Shown in pieces: positions 29,243 to 45,392 of a stretch of DNA of 64,000 nucleotides (positions within the stretch are counted from its first letter, which is position 1; each line of letters opens with the position of its first letter). A program made the translations under genes and the position numbers. Source of the DNA: Octopus vulgaris (lineage: Eukaryota); the NCBI GenBank assembly GCA_951406725.2, contig OX597823.1, positions 107,198,001-107,262,000 of the forward strand, given 5' to 3'. A model generated the notes under the pieces. That model made no database searches. It was not told the origin of the DNA and worked only from the letters and a program-made list of their open reading frames with translations.

Positions 29243-29715
29243 CACACACACACATACACACATAATTCACACACACGCACATACACACACATGATAAATG
29301 AACATGTTTTAAATTCAGGAATATTTCTAGATTCAGATAGTGTAATGCATATAAATTCATCAATAATAAATGAAACTCCCTTGTTTTCAACGATTTGAAT
29401 ACCATTTAATCGCTCAACTGAACTCCACTTCCTGAATCAGCGTGATTGGCCCCCACCTTGGAATTACAGGAGCATTCCCTCGGGTTTCCATGCACTTTTT
29501 GTCAACCCAATTTCAGTTACATAGGTAAGGTCGACCCTAAGGTTTTTACTACTTTGATTTTTAAAGAATATATACCCATGATGCAGTGCAATCAAAATTG
29601 TTAATTATAACTGCGAAACGAGCTTCCACCCGGCCATTCTAGCATCTTACTCAGACACGCACAGAGTCTAAAACAAACACAAACAAGCGCCCTTCCCTAC
29701 ACACATATAACGTGT

Positions 29716-29747
<32 letters not shown>

Positions 29748-30076
29748 ATGGATGTGTACGCGCACGTGTGTTATACACAATTTATTTTAAGATATACTAC
29801 AAAATTAAGAATGTTAACCCAATTTATTGTTTCGTCAATGCGAGTGCGGTTAGTATTGGTTTCATTAACAGTAGCGTAATTAGCACTGGTTTTGCTAATC
29901 CTGGTATTGGTTAGTATTGGTTATACTAATACTGGAATAGTTGGTATTGTGTTTGCACTGGTGTTGTTAATACTGGTATCGTTAGTATCGTTAGTAATAG
30001 TTTTGTTAATACTAAGTTGTTAGTATTGATCTCTTAACACAGGTGTAGTTGGTACTAGTTTTATTAATATTGGTTT

Positions 30077-30265
30077 CAATTTTTGGCACAAGGCCAGAAA
30101 GTTCGGGGTGGGTGGTGTTGGTCGATTACATAAACCCCAGTAGTCAACTGGCACTTATAGGATGAAAAGCAAAGTCTAGCTCGGTGGAATTTGAATTCAG
30201 AATCTGAAGGCGAACGAAATGCCGCTAAGCATTCTGCCTGGCGTACTAACGATTCTGTCAACTTG
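30077..30265 (-). mobile_element. SINE-like repeat family B
   Basis: ttttggcacaaggccagaaa...gtcgattacat...ggaatttgaattcagaa...gaaatgccgctaagcatt...ctaacgattctg; homologous to the copy at 20130. Confidence 0.75.
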
Positions 30266-31549
30266 TAGACTTTAGTTTTGTTAATGTTAACACTTCTGTT
30301 ATATAGATTATCCTGTCTGTTATTGCTGACTTCACTGTACCTTGTCACAGACTGCTTTTGTTATTTCCGCTGTTGATGTTGTTGATAACAGTTTTTATGA
30401 AACAGAGATGAATGAAACATAATGGCGTGACAGTTATATGATATTTGTGGGTTTATTGTTTTATACAATATGGCGCAGTGCATTATATATAACTTTAATC
30501 AATGCAGCTTAGTTGTAAATCTAGGAGACTAGTGTGCTGTATCCCTCGGAACTATATTGCATGATATCTTGAGGTTTCAACTTATTCCGTTATTCCCGGT
30601 ATCAGTTCTTTACGAAAAAACCTCTTCAGGATGATTACTGTATTTTCAAGCATACAAATCGACGTAATATACGATATAAACATGTGTAAACATTCAAGCT
30701 ATATCACTATCTTCTTAAATCTGGCTGCATTTCTTATGAAACTCTTAAGTCCTCCCAAGTCGACCTAAATTTTTTGGTAAAAAGTTTTGGTAAAATTTTG
30801 GTAAAATTCGACTTGTATGCCGGAAAATACGTTATTTAAATATGAAAGATTAGAACTTTCAATTGGTGCAGCATAAAATCGACAATACTGCAGATTATAG
30901 TTATTCTAGCTCTTCAGGCTAAACTAATCCTAATTTATGTGTTCATTATCAGTTGTTAATTTCTCAATTCAATAATACATATGCTGTGGGTTTGTCTAAA
31001 TGTTCTCTCGTCTTCTTCATGTTTCAATATTTAGACACCAAACTTCTTTAGATTCTGATCATTCGGCTTTTACTTTCAGATAAAAACATGATCGTTATTA
31101 TAGTTATATAACTTTAGAGAATTAGTCTTTAATCAGAAACTTAAACTAATGATCAACGACAAATATCTCCGGAATCTCTTCACAGAATGTCAAACGAGAA
31201 CCTTATGCCCTTGAAAATCGGAACTGTGTGGTTATATAAAGCCAACGTATTGAGAAACATGGCGTATAATTCTACACAGAAATAATACAAAATGTATCAG
31301 TGTATGTGCGTGTGTGTGTGTGTGGGGGGGGTGTCAGTAGGTTATTTTATCTGTATGTATACTTATGTATTTATGCACGATTACATGTGTGCATACATGT
31401 AATGTACAAAGGATGAATAAAGAATAGTACGTGTGTGTTGTGTGTGCGCGTGCGTATGCATATGGGTATGTATATGTGTTTGTGCGTATGTGTGGATACA
31501 TATGTATATGTATGAATACGTATATGCGTGTATACGTATATATATATAC

Positions 31550-31673
<124 letters not shown>

Positions 31674-31776
31674 ATTCATATATATATTTTCACGTTAATA
31701 TATAAATATATATATATTTATCATTTCATACTGTATTAATTCCTTGAAAGAAGACTTGTTTAACACACACACGCAC

Positions 31777-31823
<47 letters not shown>

Positions 31824-32419
31824 CATACACACACACATACACAGTACATACAGGCTTGCGCGCATATGTATATATATATATATGTGTGTGCGCGTGTGTA
31901 TGTGTGTGTGCATAGATCCATGTATGTTTATGTACATACGTATACACCATGTGAGCATAAATTATGCCATATGGTTATAATGCACTTATTTTGCATGTAT
32001 GTAATTTGATAGCAAAGAATGTTTTCAAGTAGTTGTTATTTTTGGACTATGCCCTCGGCATCTTTAATTAGAACCTGTTTAAATGCACTAATGATCCAAA
32101 CACACTCACACATAGACACACACACACACACACACACATGGAGATACATAAAACCGCTTACGCACACGCATATATGCACATACACACACTCATGTAATTC
32201 ATAGCTTCATACTATTACAGTTTCGTGTGTGAAGATTTGTTATCTAGCGAATCATACATGTGTACATGTGTTTGTATGAATCAACGTATATATATTTTTA
32301 TCTATTCTTTTTTTTTTACAAAAGGTATGGATATTTTAATATGAATTTGTTGTCAGTCAAAGTTTTGTCTACATCATTTAGACGCATATATATGCATGCA
32401 TTGTCTCTGGCATAAATAT

Positions 32420-32471
<52 letters not shown>

Positions 32472-32635
32472 GTATACACATATATTATGTATATTTGTGT
32501 ATGTGTGTGTGTTATATACTTATATAGTATATGCATATGTGTACCTATGTATATGCATGTGTGTACGTATACATATGTATGCGTGTGTAGGTATATATAT
32601 GTGTATGTGTCTATAGAGATAGATAGGTAGGTAGC

Positions 32636-32713
<78 letters not shown>

Positions 32714-32714
<1 letters not shown>

Positions 32715-33988
32715 GTTTCTTTATTGGCCACACAGGGCTGCACACAGATGGGACAAGTTACAAGGTAGAGCTTTTCTTTTGGGGGATGAAAAAACACAAA
32801 AAACAAAAGAAACAAAAAAAGGGGGTGGCGTAGGTTTTCGATCAAGAGGGATCGTAAAAGGGAAGAAAAGAACAAAAAAAAGAAAAATAAATAAATAAAT
32901 TAAATAAAAAATAAAAATAAAAAGAAAAAAAAAAGAAAAGGAACAAAAGAAAAGAGAAATGAAAAAAGAAGAAAAAGGGGAAAAAAGGGGAAGAGGAAAA
33001 AAACGATCAATAGGGATCGTGTATCACAGTGTTATGATATATGGTGTAAAGGGGAAAGCAAGTAAGGTTTATCCGTGGGAAGAAAAGCCTACGAAAAAGA
33101 CCACGGTAACCTTGGTCAATATTATTATATTTAACCACATTTGTTTGCAAGTGGGTAACCCTCTGTTTTCAATTTCTGGGTTCATAGGATTATGCTCAAA
33201 GTGGCTTCGTCATTCATACGTGCCATCCTTGCTACATTCACCCATCTTTTTTTAAAACATTCGCTAGACAAAACTTGCCTCTCTACTCTCACTTTCCTTT
33301 TCAAGTGGTACTTGAAGAAGTTGATGAGAGATTGACCAGAGAGGAAAGTGTTTGTCTCCAATCCTTTCAGACGCGTCCACCAAATACATTCTTTCGCCAT
33401 AGCCACAAGGATGATGAAAATAGCTTTTCCTTCCCGTTTGAAGGAGGAGGCGTGATAATATTGACGATAGACTCAGCTGATAAACCGACTCGTCCCACAC
33501 GTGACAGCAGTTGTTCGACATAAGCCCACAGGTCGGAAATTGTTGGACACTGCACGAGTGCGTGCAGAACGGTTTCGTCGCTCTGACCGCATCTCGGGCA
33601 GGTCGGCCCCATGTTTCTCGAGCCGTGTCTGTAGAGCTTATCCCGAACGGGTAGCGCTTCTCGATAGCACTGCCAGGCCAGGGATCTCTGGAAGTTGTCC
33701 ATGGGCCCTGGCCCGAAAGTCGTCCTGAACAGGCGGGTCAGGTACTCCTCGTTGACGTCCAGGTTCGCCCCGAGCTCGTCGTCGTACCTCCCCTCCACTA
33801 ATCCCCTATAGAATGCTTTGGTTGTGTTGAAGTCACTCAAGGTCGACCCAGGACGGCAGAGTTGCTTGAGAGCAACGCGACACTCGCGGTGCCATTCGCC
33901 CTTCCTCGGCCTCTTTTTGATCCACGACTGCAGTTCGGTCCTGGAGACGAGCTGCGGCAAAGCGTGCCTCACAAACGGCGAACAGATG
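32714..33988 (-). mobile_element. 5'-truncated Tx1/L1-clade LINE (ORF2 C-terminus with zf-RVT-type CCHC finger, plus 3' UTR)
   Basis: FQRSLAWQCYREALPVRDKL...CPRCGQSDETVLHALVQCP...W...AKECIWWTR with one frameshift near 33440. The T-rich 3' UTR ends AATAAAGAAAC. (GATA)n flanks both sides. Confidence 0.88.
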
Positions 33989-34064
<76 letters not shown>

Positions 34065-34239
34065 TTCAGAAAGACGGACGGTCGGACGGATGGATGGTAA
34101 AACTTGTGTAAACATGCGGAAGGAAAGGGTGTACGCAATACCGTCGGTGCATATTTACTGGAACATGAAGAAACTCCACAAACCATTGTTCAGGTTTCTC
34201 GTTACCGATGATCAAGACTGTAGCAAGAAATTTTGAACA

Positions 34240-35365
34240 AAAAAAGTACAAAAATAAATAAATAAATAAAAGAAAAAAGAAAAAAGAAAAAGAAAAAAAA
34301 AGAAAAGGAACAAAAAAAAGAGAAATTAAAAAAAGAAGAAAAAGGCTTGAAAAAAAGGGAAGAGGAAAAAAACGATCAATAGGGATCGTGTATCACAGTG
34401 TTATGATATATGGTGTAAAGGGGAAAGCAAGTAAGGTTTATACGTGGGAAGAAAAAGCCTACGAAAAAGACCACGGTAACCTTGGTCAATATTATTATAT
34501 ACAACTCACACATTTGTTTGCAAGTGGGAAACCGTCTGTTTTCAATTTCTGGGTTCATAGGATTATGCTCAAGGTGGCTTCGTCATTCATACGTGCCATC
34601 CTTGCTACATTCACCCATCTTTTTTAAAACATTCGCTAGACAAAACTTGCTCTCTACATAAAATCATTTGAAACATTTCTAATTAGAGTCGAGAATCTAG
34701 AAAGTGTGAAACTCAGAGTTTTTAATGATGGACAGCTAAAATAATTATACTTCTTTGCATTTGATCTTTCTCTCTGTATATGTGTGTGTTCGCGTGTCCA
34801 CCAATACATTCCCACACACACAAGGATATAAATACTCTTCCTTATATGAAGGAATATATATATATATATATATACATGCAGCTGATAAACATACTCGTCC
34901 CATACAGTAAGATAGAGTTTAGAGAAAGAGATATCAATAGATAGATATCAAGATAGATAGATAGGTGAGAGAGAAGACAGACAGACAGACAGATAGGCAG
35001 AAGTGTGTGCGTATATGTATATCGTTCTATGTGTATGTGTGCGGGATGTGTCCCTGTTTGTGTGTGTGTGTGTGTGTATGGGCCCTGGCCCGAAAGTCGT
35101 CCTGAACAGGCGGGTCAGGTACTCCTCGTTGACGTTCAGGTTCGCCCCGAGCTCGTCGTCGGACCTCCCCTCCACTAATCCCCTATAGAATGCTTTGGTT
35201 GTGTTGAAGTCACTCAAGGTCGACCCAGGACGGCAGAGTTGCTTGAGAGCAACGCGACACTCGCGGTGCCATTCGCCCTTCCTCGGCCTCTTTTTGATCC
35301 ACGACTGCAGTTCGGTCCTGGAGACGAGCTGCGGCAAAGCGTGCCTCACAAACGGCGAACAGATG

Positions 35366-35445
<80 letters not shown>

Positions 35446-35620
35446 TTCAGAAAGACGGACGGTCGGACGGATGGATGGTAAAACTTGTGTAAACATGCGG
35501 AAGGAAAGGGTGTACGCAATACCGTCGGTGCATATTTACTGGAACATGAAGAAACTCCACAAACCATTGTTCAGGTTTCTCGTTACCGATGATCAAGACT
35601 GTAGCAAGAAATTTTGCATA
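34240..35620. other. Mosaic duplicate of 32870-34235 interleaved with a copy of 36045-36455 (probable consensus artefact)
   Basis: 34240-34655 resembles 32870-33285, 34655-35075 resembles 36045-36455, and 35078-35617 resembles 33700-34235. The offsets are all about 1.38 kb. Confidence 0.75.
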
Positions 35621-36205
35621 CATATATAAGAATAAATATACATATATAAATCTGTATATGTATATACATGTAGATAACATTTACCAAGAACATGAAAAAA
35701 AAATGAAAAAAAAAGACAAGGAAAAAAAACAAGAAATTTAGTGTTTAGCAGTATAATAGTTGCTTGAAAAAACACGAAGAGTGAAAATAATATATAAAAC
35801 TTTTTTAATGGACGTGAAAACGTTGAATCTTTATAAGAAATAATGCGTTTGAAACAATTTAAATTTGTTTTTCGGTCATGTGCATCTCACATTCAATATT
35901 TATATCGTAAATGGAAATGTTTTACTGAAGTATTGTTCAGAATACCTAAGAGATGAAAGTCGGACAGCCTCGTGTCATACGCTCCATTCAAACTATAAGA
36001 TTTTCTTTGCTTACAGAGGACTTTCAATGGTTGTTATTTGCTTATATACATAAAATCATTTGAAACATTTCTAATTAGAGTCGAGAATCTAGAAAGTGTG
36101 AAACTCAGAGTTTTTAATGATGGAGTTTCAGCTAAAATAATTATACTTCTTTGCATTTGATCTTTCTCTCTGTATATGTGTGTGTTCGCGTGTCTATACA
36201 CACAC

Positions 36206-36249
<44 letters not shown>

Positions 36250-36418
36250 GCATGCATACATACAGTAAGATAGAGTTAGAGAGAAAGAGATATCAATAGA
36301 TAGATATCAAGATAGATAGATAGAGAGAGTGAGAGAGACAGACAAACAGACAGACAGATAGGCAGAAGTGTGTGCGTATATGTATATCGTTCTATGTGTA
36401 TGTGTGCGGGATGTTTCC

Positions 36419-36455
<37 letters not shown>

Positions 36456-36695
36456 AATTTATGTATGTATCTCTATCTATATCTATGGATATACATTCAT
36501 AATAAAAGTATCACCTGACCCTTTGTTTTATTTTCTTTCCTTCTCTTGACGCCCTTTATTTCCTTTATATACCTCGTCTTTTTCTGATGTAATATGAGAC
36601 TTCCCTAGATAAATATTTTATGATAAGGAGGTAGTTAAGCGTAAGTAATACAGAGGTGCATACACACACACGCGCGCACTTTTGTTTGTATACAC

Positions 36696-36741
<46 letters not shown>

Positions 36742-36822
36742 TTCATATACATATTTATAATGATACATAGATAGTTATATACTTATTCACATATACATGC
36801 TTAAATGTATGTGTACAAATAA

Positions 36823-36888
<66 letters not shown>

Positions 36889-37004
36889 CATAAACATATA
36901 TAAATGTATATATGTATATGCATACATATATAAGAATAAATATACATATATAAATCTGTATATGTATATACATGTATGTGCGTGTCTATACATGCTTACA
37001 TATA

Positions 37005-37057
<53 letters not shown>

Positions 37058-37995
37058 GCATACATATATACATGCTTACGTCCCAGTATGTGTGTTTACA
37101 TGCAAGATGTACACTTTATACGTATGTCTATGTGTTTCTATGTTTATTCAGTCGAGCATACATTCAAAATTTACATTCCTTCTCCTCTAAGCTAATATTC
37201 TGCTCACCTTCATTTCACACCCTCACCTAAACTGCTCCACATCTTTTTACCTGCCATTTTCTTTTTAATATTGGTCTTGATGTTCTTGTTATTGCTGCTG
37301 CTGCTGCTGTTGTTGTTGTTATCGTTGTCGTTGTTGTTGTTGTCTTTATTGACGGATTTCTGCTCTTTTTTCTGTTGTTTGTTGATGTTTTCTGGTTATT
37401 TTGTTTTTTGCAGCTGATGAAGCTCGAGAATCATCATTATTCTCGACGCTTGCGACACAACTTATATGATGACGATGATGATGATGATGCTGGTGATGAT
37501 GATGATGCTGGTGATGTTGATGATGCTGGTGATGTTGATGATGATGGTGGTGATGACGATTGTGATCGCTATGACAATGAAAATGACGATGATACTAATG
37601 ATTATAATTAGATAATAAATTCCACCTCTTGCCTCCCATATCTTCTGTCTTCCCATTTAATTCTAAATCACATTATTACCCACTTGGATCTCAACATAAT
37701 TTTCTTCATGCATGTCATCATCACTACCACCACCACCACCACCAACACCAACAGCGCCACCACCACCTTCATCATCATCATTATTACCATCTTCATCATC
37801 GCCATCATGATCGTGATCATCATCATCACCACTTCTACAAATAACAGCACCACCACCACTAGCAACAGAAGCACCACTGCCACAACCATCAACACCACCG
37901 GCACCATCTTCTCTACCCTAATCGTTATCATCATCATTGTTACCACTATCCTGATCGTCGCTAACATCACCGCCAGCATCAAATGTGTGTGTGTG

Positions 37996-38033
<38 letters not shown>

Positions 38034-38089
38034 CATATAGAATACATCTCACAACTGCTAGACCTGTTCGCACAAGTAATACAGTTATC

Positions 38090-38243
<154 letters not shown>

Positions 38244-38740
38244 ATCATTGCAACCAACACACTCGCCTTTTTGTGAATGGTGTCATTACTAGAATTTGTT
38301 ATTAACTTGATCTAAATTTCCGCTACATCCGGGGATTCCATCATGTACTTTAACAATATCAGCTCCACATGGATGTTACATCAATATCGTATCTCTCATT
38401 TTGTTTCTTCACACCTAGATCTTGCAGCAATATGACAGACTAGCATCGATTTGTGCTCCTGTCCAAATGCAGTTGCTTCAAAATACAGTCACATCAGCCT
38501 TGCTCACCAAAATAAAATCACATGAACCTGTCTTTACGACAATGTAAATCATCCTTCTTGCTACATGATGTTGTAACAAACATGCACAAATAAGGTGAAT
38601 TATTAATTTAGGGTGTTGGGAGCTTATGAGAAAATTGTTAAATTGGTAACATTCATAATTTCTGACCTCTTGCCTTTATGACAAATAACACATCATCAAA
38701 CTCATTCTAGACTTCAAACTACAAAGTCTTTAATAAAATA

Positions 38741-39105
38741 CTAGCACTATAACCCGGCAACGCCAGGTCATAGTGCTAGTGCATGGATATACAGCTGCGT
38801 GCCTGCGCACATACACGCGAGTACTGTCCAAATCTCCGACCAATCACATACAGCTAGCTGGCATTCAATTGGCGTATCAAGTTTTGGGCATTTTGATTGG
38901 GTTTTTGGATAGAAAATTCACAAAAATGTCACTTCTATTGATTTTTTAATGGCTATGCGGGGTGACTGGGGAAATGTAAAGATGTGCACGACCATTCTTG
39001 GACGGTTTTAAATGACCATAGAAAGTGCGAGCCGTCTAACTGAAAAATTGTGGATTTGTATAAAGGACACACACACAGACATTTTGCTGTTTATATATAT
39101 ATAGA
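38741..39105 (-). mobile_element. Non-autonomous Helitron
   Basis: Minus strand 5' end TCTATATATATATAAACAGC and 3' end CTAG|T, inserted at an A|T site. The terminal hairpin on the plus strand is ctagcactat-aacccggcaacgccaggtc-atagtgctag. Confidence 0.7.
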
Positions 39106-39115
39106 TGAACATATT

Positions 39116-39301
39116 TGGGTGTTGGGAGCTTATGAGAAAATTGTTAAATTAGTAACATTCGTAATTTCTGACCTCTTGGCTTTATGACAAATAACACACC
39201 ATCAAGCTCCTTCTAGACTTCAAACTACAAAGTCTTAATAACATACTAGCACTATAACCCGGCAACGCCAGGTCATAGTGCTAGTGCATGGATATACAGC
39301 T
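39116..39301. repeat. Direct duplicate of 38610-38796 (flank plus Helitron 3' end)
   Basis: gggtgttgggagcttatgagaaaattg...tactagcactataacccggcaacgccaggtcatagtgctagtgcatggatatacagct occurs twice with few substitutions. Confidence 0.9.
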
Positions 39302-41845
39302 TTTTGAGCCAGCAGTGCAAGAACAAATAAGCAGCATCTATAATATAAACCAGTTGTAAATTATGAACAAATACTTAATCTAGTTTGATGTTCATCTCAT
39401 AGTTAACTACCAGCAATGGCACAATTCTTATTTCCAGAGCAAATATTTTATATAGCAATAAAAATAGCGTCAAAAATTGATTAACGGAAAAAAACCTCAC
39501 ATAATATTTCTTTAATTAGGGGAAAGTTTCAGAACTTTCTCCAATGGTGAACACCTACATAACTACATAAATTTCTTACTGTTACCTCTAAAATAAACTT
39601 TTGGTATGACCAAGTCCTATTTCAAGTTAAATCACAATTGATTACCAAACATCGATATTTTTTTTACAAGAAAAAAAAATGCCGCGGAATTAAAGATATT
39701 TTCGCAGTCATTTAAATAGTCCTATTCTCACTTCATTAGAATGATTCGTTTTACATATACCCCCCCTAATTAATTTTATCTTTTTTCCCCTCTCGCTATA
39801 CTAATTATTTCGTTTTTAGATTCATTTTGAAGAGATATTTTTACAATCTGAACAATTCGTTTTCTTTTATGCTTCTATTTGGTTACTTTCTGTTATCACA
39901 TTTTTTTCATCTTTTCAGCAATTAATAGGTAATTAACCATAAATTTATAGTTTTGATGAAGTTAATTAAGAGAAAAAGATAGTTGTTATTAATAAAACGT
40001 TTGTTGAGAAAATGAAGCGTTATCAACTTTTCGGAGACATTTTTAGAGGTTGTGGAGTGGAAGAGAAGGAGATGAGAGGGAGGAGAATTCCATTTCTGCA
40101 CGAAGTATAAAGAAAGAAATAGTTATTTATGATCCTTAAATGTGAGTAACCCTGAACAAGATTCTACATTAGCGATGTATGTGTGTATGTATGTATGTAT
40201 GTATGTATGTATGTATGTATGTATGTATGTATGTATGTATGTATGTATGCATGTATGTATGCATGTATGTAAGTATGTATGTATGTGTGCATGTATGTGT
40301 GTACGTATGTGTGTATGTATGTATATATATATGCATGTGTGTGTGTATGTATGTATGTATGTATGTTTGCATGCGTGCGTGCGTGCATGTACTTATGTAT
40401 ATATGTTTGTATGTTTCTACCTATGTACATATGTATGCATGTGACAATGCAAGGTTTCATTATATGCGTTAGGAAACGGCTCAAGTGCTTTCACAAGGCA
40501 GAAAGGTATATACCAGCATCTCTAAATCGAAATCTGATTGCTGATTTGAAGCTAATCTCCTATAAAATACTGTGTAATATTTCTTGTTTCAGAATAAGAG
40601 AATAGAGTGGCAATTGGTTACGTCAACAGCAGACTAGATAAGTGATCGCAGGATCTATAGTTCACATCCAGTTACTAGAAATTCAATCTGTATTGGTCAG
40701 AAAACAGTCAGCAGTTCTGCTCAAAGCTCATCTTTGAAAGGATTACGACAACATAATAAACCAACATTTCAATAATTTGACTAAAATGCTAATGAATCCA
40801 GAAAATGTTCAAGTTCAAGTTCGACTTTTCAGTCAATTTGATCAGCTTATGAAGTGGCTTCAATGTTTGATCGGAACAAAATTACCCTTTCCCATCAGCA
40901 TTGTATTTTCACTTATCTCACATATATTAATCTCTTTGTTCAGTTTACTCGGATGAAAGTGGATAGAACCACTCCTGTGATATTACTGTAGCAATTTTCT
41001 CCCTGATGGACTGGAGAACAAAGTCAACCTCGGCGAGTGTAGTATATATATTTGAGTCCGGCTCCCTATGCTTACTCCACTCGTCTCAATATTGCTACAC
41101 ATAGAGAAATACCTTTAAGCAAACGAAGAATTTAGTAGTAAGCTTCTAGTAAGATAGTTTGTCCCATTCAGCATCTCAGAAGAAACTTATAACACGCCTG
41201 AAAACATTGTGTCGTGTATCAGCGGAAATTCTCGTTTGTATCAGCACCTATTCGATTTTTATGATAATACGCTAGAAACCAGCAAATGTAGATTGCCAAT
41301 AGACCTACTGTATCTGTGAGGTATCTAATTGAAATCTTGTTAAGTTTCTTTACAAGATTATCCCTATTATCCTGTCTATGATTGCATGTCTCTCATGTGA
41401 GCAGATTACACTCGTTCCCGTCGCCTATGTAGGGAAAAGCGGTTCTGACCAAGAAATTTCGTATGGGATTTCCCTTATTTTTAAGTCCCGTATCAATTCA
41501 TCCAAGGATGTGGATTTTAACTTGCCCGAGCCCTTAAAACTGGACATCATTGTAAAAACTCAGTCCAAGCTGAGACGATGTGACGCCTATGTAAGGTAAG
41601 GATTTTGTAATGATACTCTTCATATTCGACCATTTCTTCCAGGTTAGTAACTTGCCACTAGAATAATTGATCCTTCCTTAGGGAATAGAGTCGAAAACAA
41701 CGGATGCTAATAAATAGCTGGTTAAAGCATTTTGATTGCAAAAGTTAGACGAAGTTTTTGACGAGAGATATTGCAAATTCTTTTTCTATTACACCTTTAT
41801 ATATCTGTGTGTTTGTACGTGTATCTAAATATATATTCTTTTATT

Positions 41846-42272
41846 TTCTTTTACTTATTTCAGCCATTAGACTGCGGTCATGCTGGAACGCCATCTTGAA
41901 GAATTTTAGCCCAATGAATCAACCCCTGTACTTTAATTCTTTTTTTAAAATCCTGGTACTTATTCTATTGGACACTGTTGCTGAACTGTAAAGTTACGGG
42001 GACATAAACACACCAACACCGGTTGTCAAGCGATGCTGAGGACAAACACACACAGATACACACACAAACATACATACACATTTACTATATATATATATAT
42101 ATACATATACGATGGGTTTCTTACAGTTTCTGTCTACTAAATCCACTCACAAGCCTCTGGTCGGCCCGAGGCTATGGTAGAAGACACTTGCACACGTTGC
42201 CTCGCAGTGAAACTGAACCCAGAACCATGCGGTTGGAAAACAAGCTTCTTACCACACAGCCACTCCTGCGCC
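41846..42272 (-). mobile_element. SINE family A, full length, diverged
   Basis: Head GGCGCAGGAGTGGCTGTGTGGTAAGAAGCTTG through to the tail CCAGCATGACCGCAGTCTAATGGCTGAAAT. Confidence 0.85.
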
Positions 42273-42346
42273 TGTATGTGTGTGTGCATTATATATGTAT
42301 GTGTGTGTGTGTGTATACACATATGTATGTATGTATATATGTATAT

Positions 42347-42399
<53 letters not shown>

Positions 42400-42409
42400 C
42401 ATATATACA

Positions 42410-42521
<112 letters not shown>

Positions 42522-42544
42522 CATACACATACATACTTATACCA

Positions 42545-44102
<1,558 letters not shown>

Positions 44103-44467
44103 GCACGTGCGTGTGTGTCTACAGCACGTGCACTTCTTTAGGTGCAAACATAGAGAAACCTCCGTTTTTCCACCTTTGTCTGGTTTCATCTGGAGACTAT
44201 GGCAGTCGGGAGCCCGCTTGATCGCCTGAAGCGCGTCCTACGCACCCACGAAACATGAACTTGAGTCAACTCGTAATTTAAAAATATATGTAACTTACGT
44301 ATCATAACAATATATTGTGTACGTGTATACACATGTACATTCATATATACGAAAGTAATTACATAAATGTGAAACAAGATGGGAAAAATAGTACTGGAAT
44401 ACCGGAGGTAGAGTAATATGCTTTATTATTAAAGCATCAAAATCATAACAAAAGATATTACAAAAGA

Positions 44468-44504
44468 CTGCTACTCAGAGTTTCAAGTTCCCATCGTCGG
44501 ACAG
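44468..44504 (-). ncRNA. Second copy of the CCGANGA hammerhead-like motif
   Basis: Minus strand reads ctgt-CCGACGA-tgggaactt-GAAA-ctctgag-TA-gcag. Stem I is kept with a G-U pair; stem II is decayed. Confidence 0.4.
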
Positions 44505-44713
44505 TTTTGGTTGAGAATGGAGCAGATATTAAGGTTATATGTATAAATATACAATTTATATTGACAGATACACATTTGAAAATTGTTTTTTTTTTTCATT
44601 GGTCCTTTCAACTAACAGTCTTTTTAAGAACCGGTGTTATATATAAAATTAAAATTACGATTAAAACATCATATGTAAAATCGAAGAAAACCTGAAATCA
44701 AAAACTAGCTTCA

Positions 44714-45082
44714 GCTAGCAGGAAAAACATGTATACCCAGGGTAAGTTAATTAATGGTAAAATAAATATAATTAAAAATTATAAAATATTCACTTACAGA
44801 GATCTAAACAGCATAAAAATAAATACACATACAAACGTATACAAGCATTTACTTATACATGCACACACAGAAAACATATACATACATAGATACACTAAAC
44901 ATACAAACGTTAATACATGCATACATATATGCAAACATACACAGGCAAAATATAAAAGTGAATATATATACTAATGTTTATATAGGTATCTACATACATA
45001 CATATATATATATATACACATCATACGCCTCGGTGCGTATATTTTAAATGCACAACTATGATATTGCAAGTTAGAAAAAGAA
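44714..45082. repeat. Left arm of a ~365-bp diverged inverted repeat (partner at 47661-48023) bracketing Penelope coding remnants
   Basis: gctagcaggaaaaacatgtatacccag...gcacaactatgatattgcaagttagaaaaag is the reverse complement of ctttctctaacttgcaacatcatagttgtgc...ctgggtatacatgttttttccttctagc. Confidence 0.8.
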
Positions 45083-45330
45083 AAAAACAATCAGAAATAA
45101 GAAGTGGTGGGAGAAAGGAAAAAGAAAGAGAAAGGGAAAATAGAGAGAGAGAGAGGGAGAGAGAGAGAGAGAGAAAATGATTTGAAAAATAGCTTTCCTA
45201 TTAAAACTCTTCTGTAAGCCCGTAAACTCAAACATATTAAACATGTATGCACATCCACATAAATACACCCATATATACAATAGTAACACACATATATACA
45301 CGCATACAAATATACAGATATATAGATATG

Positions 45331-45386
<56 letters not shown>

Positions 45387-45392
45387 TATACA

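Noticed and set aside
29830-30075. Degenerate short repeats (tagtattggt-like) resembling an array
   Set aside because: Low-complexity decayed minisatellite with no constant repeat-spacer structure; not CRISPR.
37440-37980. His-rich, Thr-rich and Asp-rich ORFs
   Set aside because: Degenerate (CAT/CAC)n simple sequence that is open in several frames on both strands.
41378-41600. 73-aa ORF ending near an AG|GTAAGG donor-like site
   Set aside because: No recognisable domain or clear acceptor; RNA-seq would be needed.
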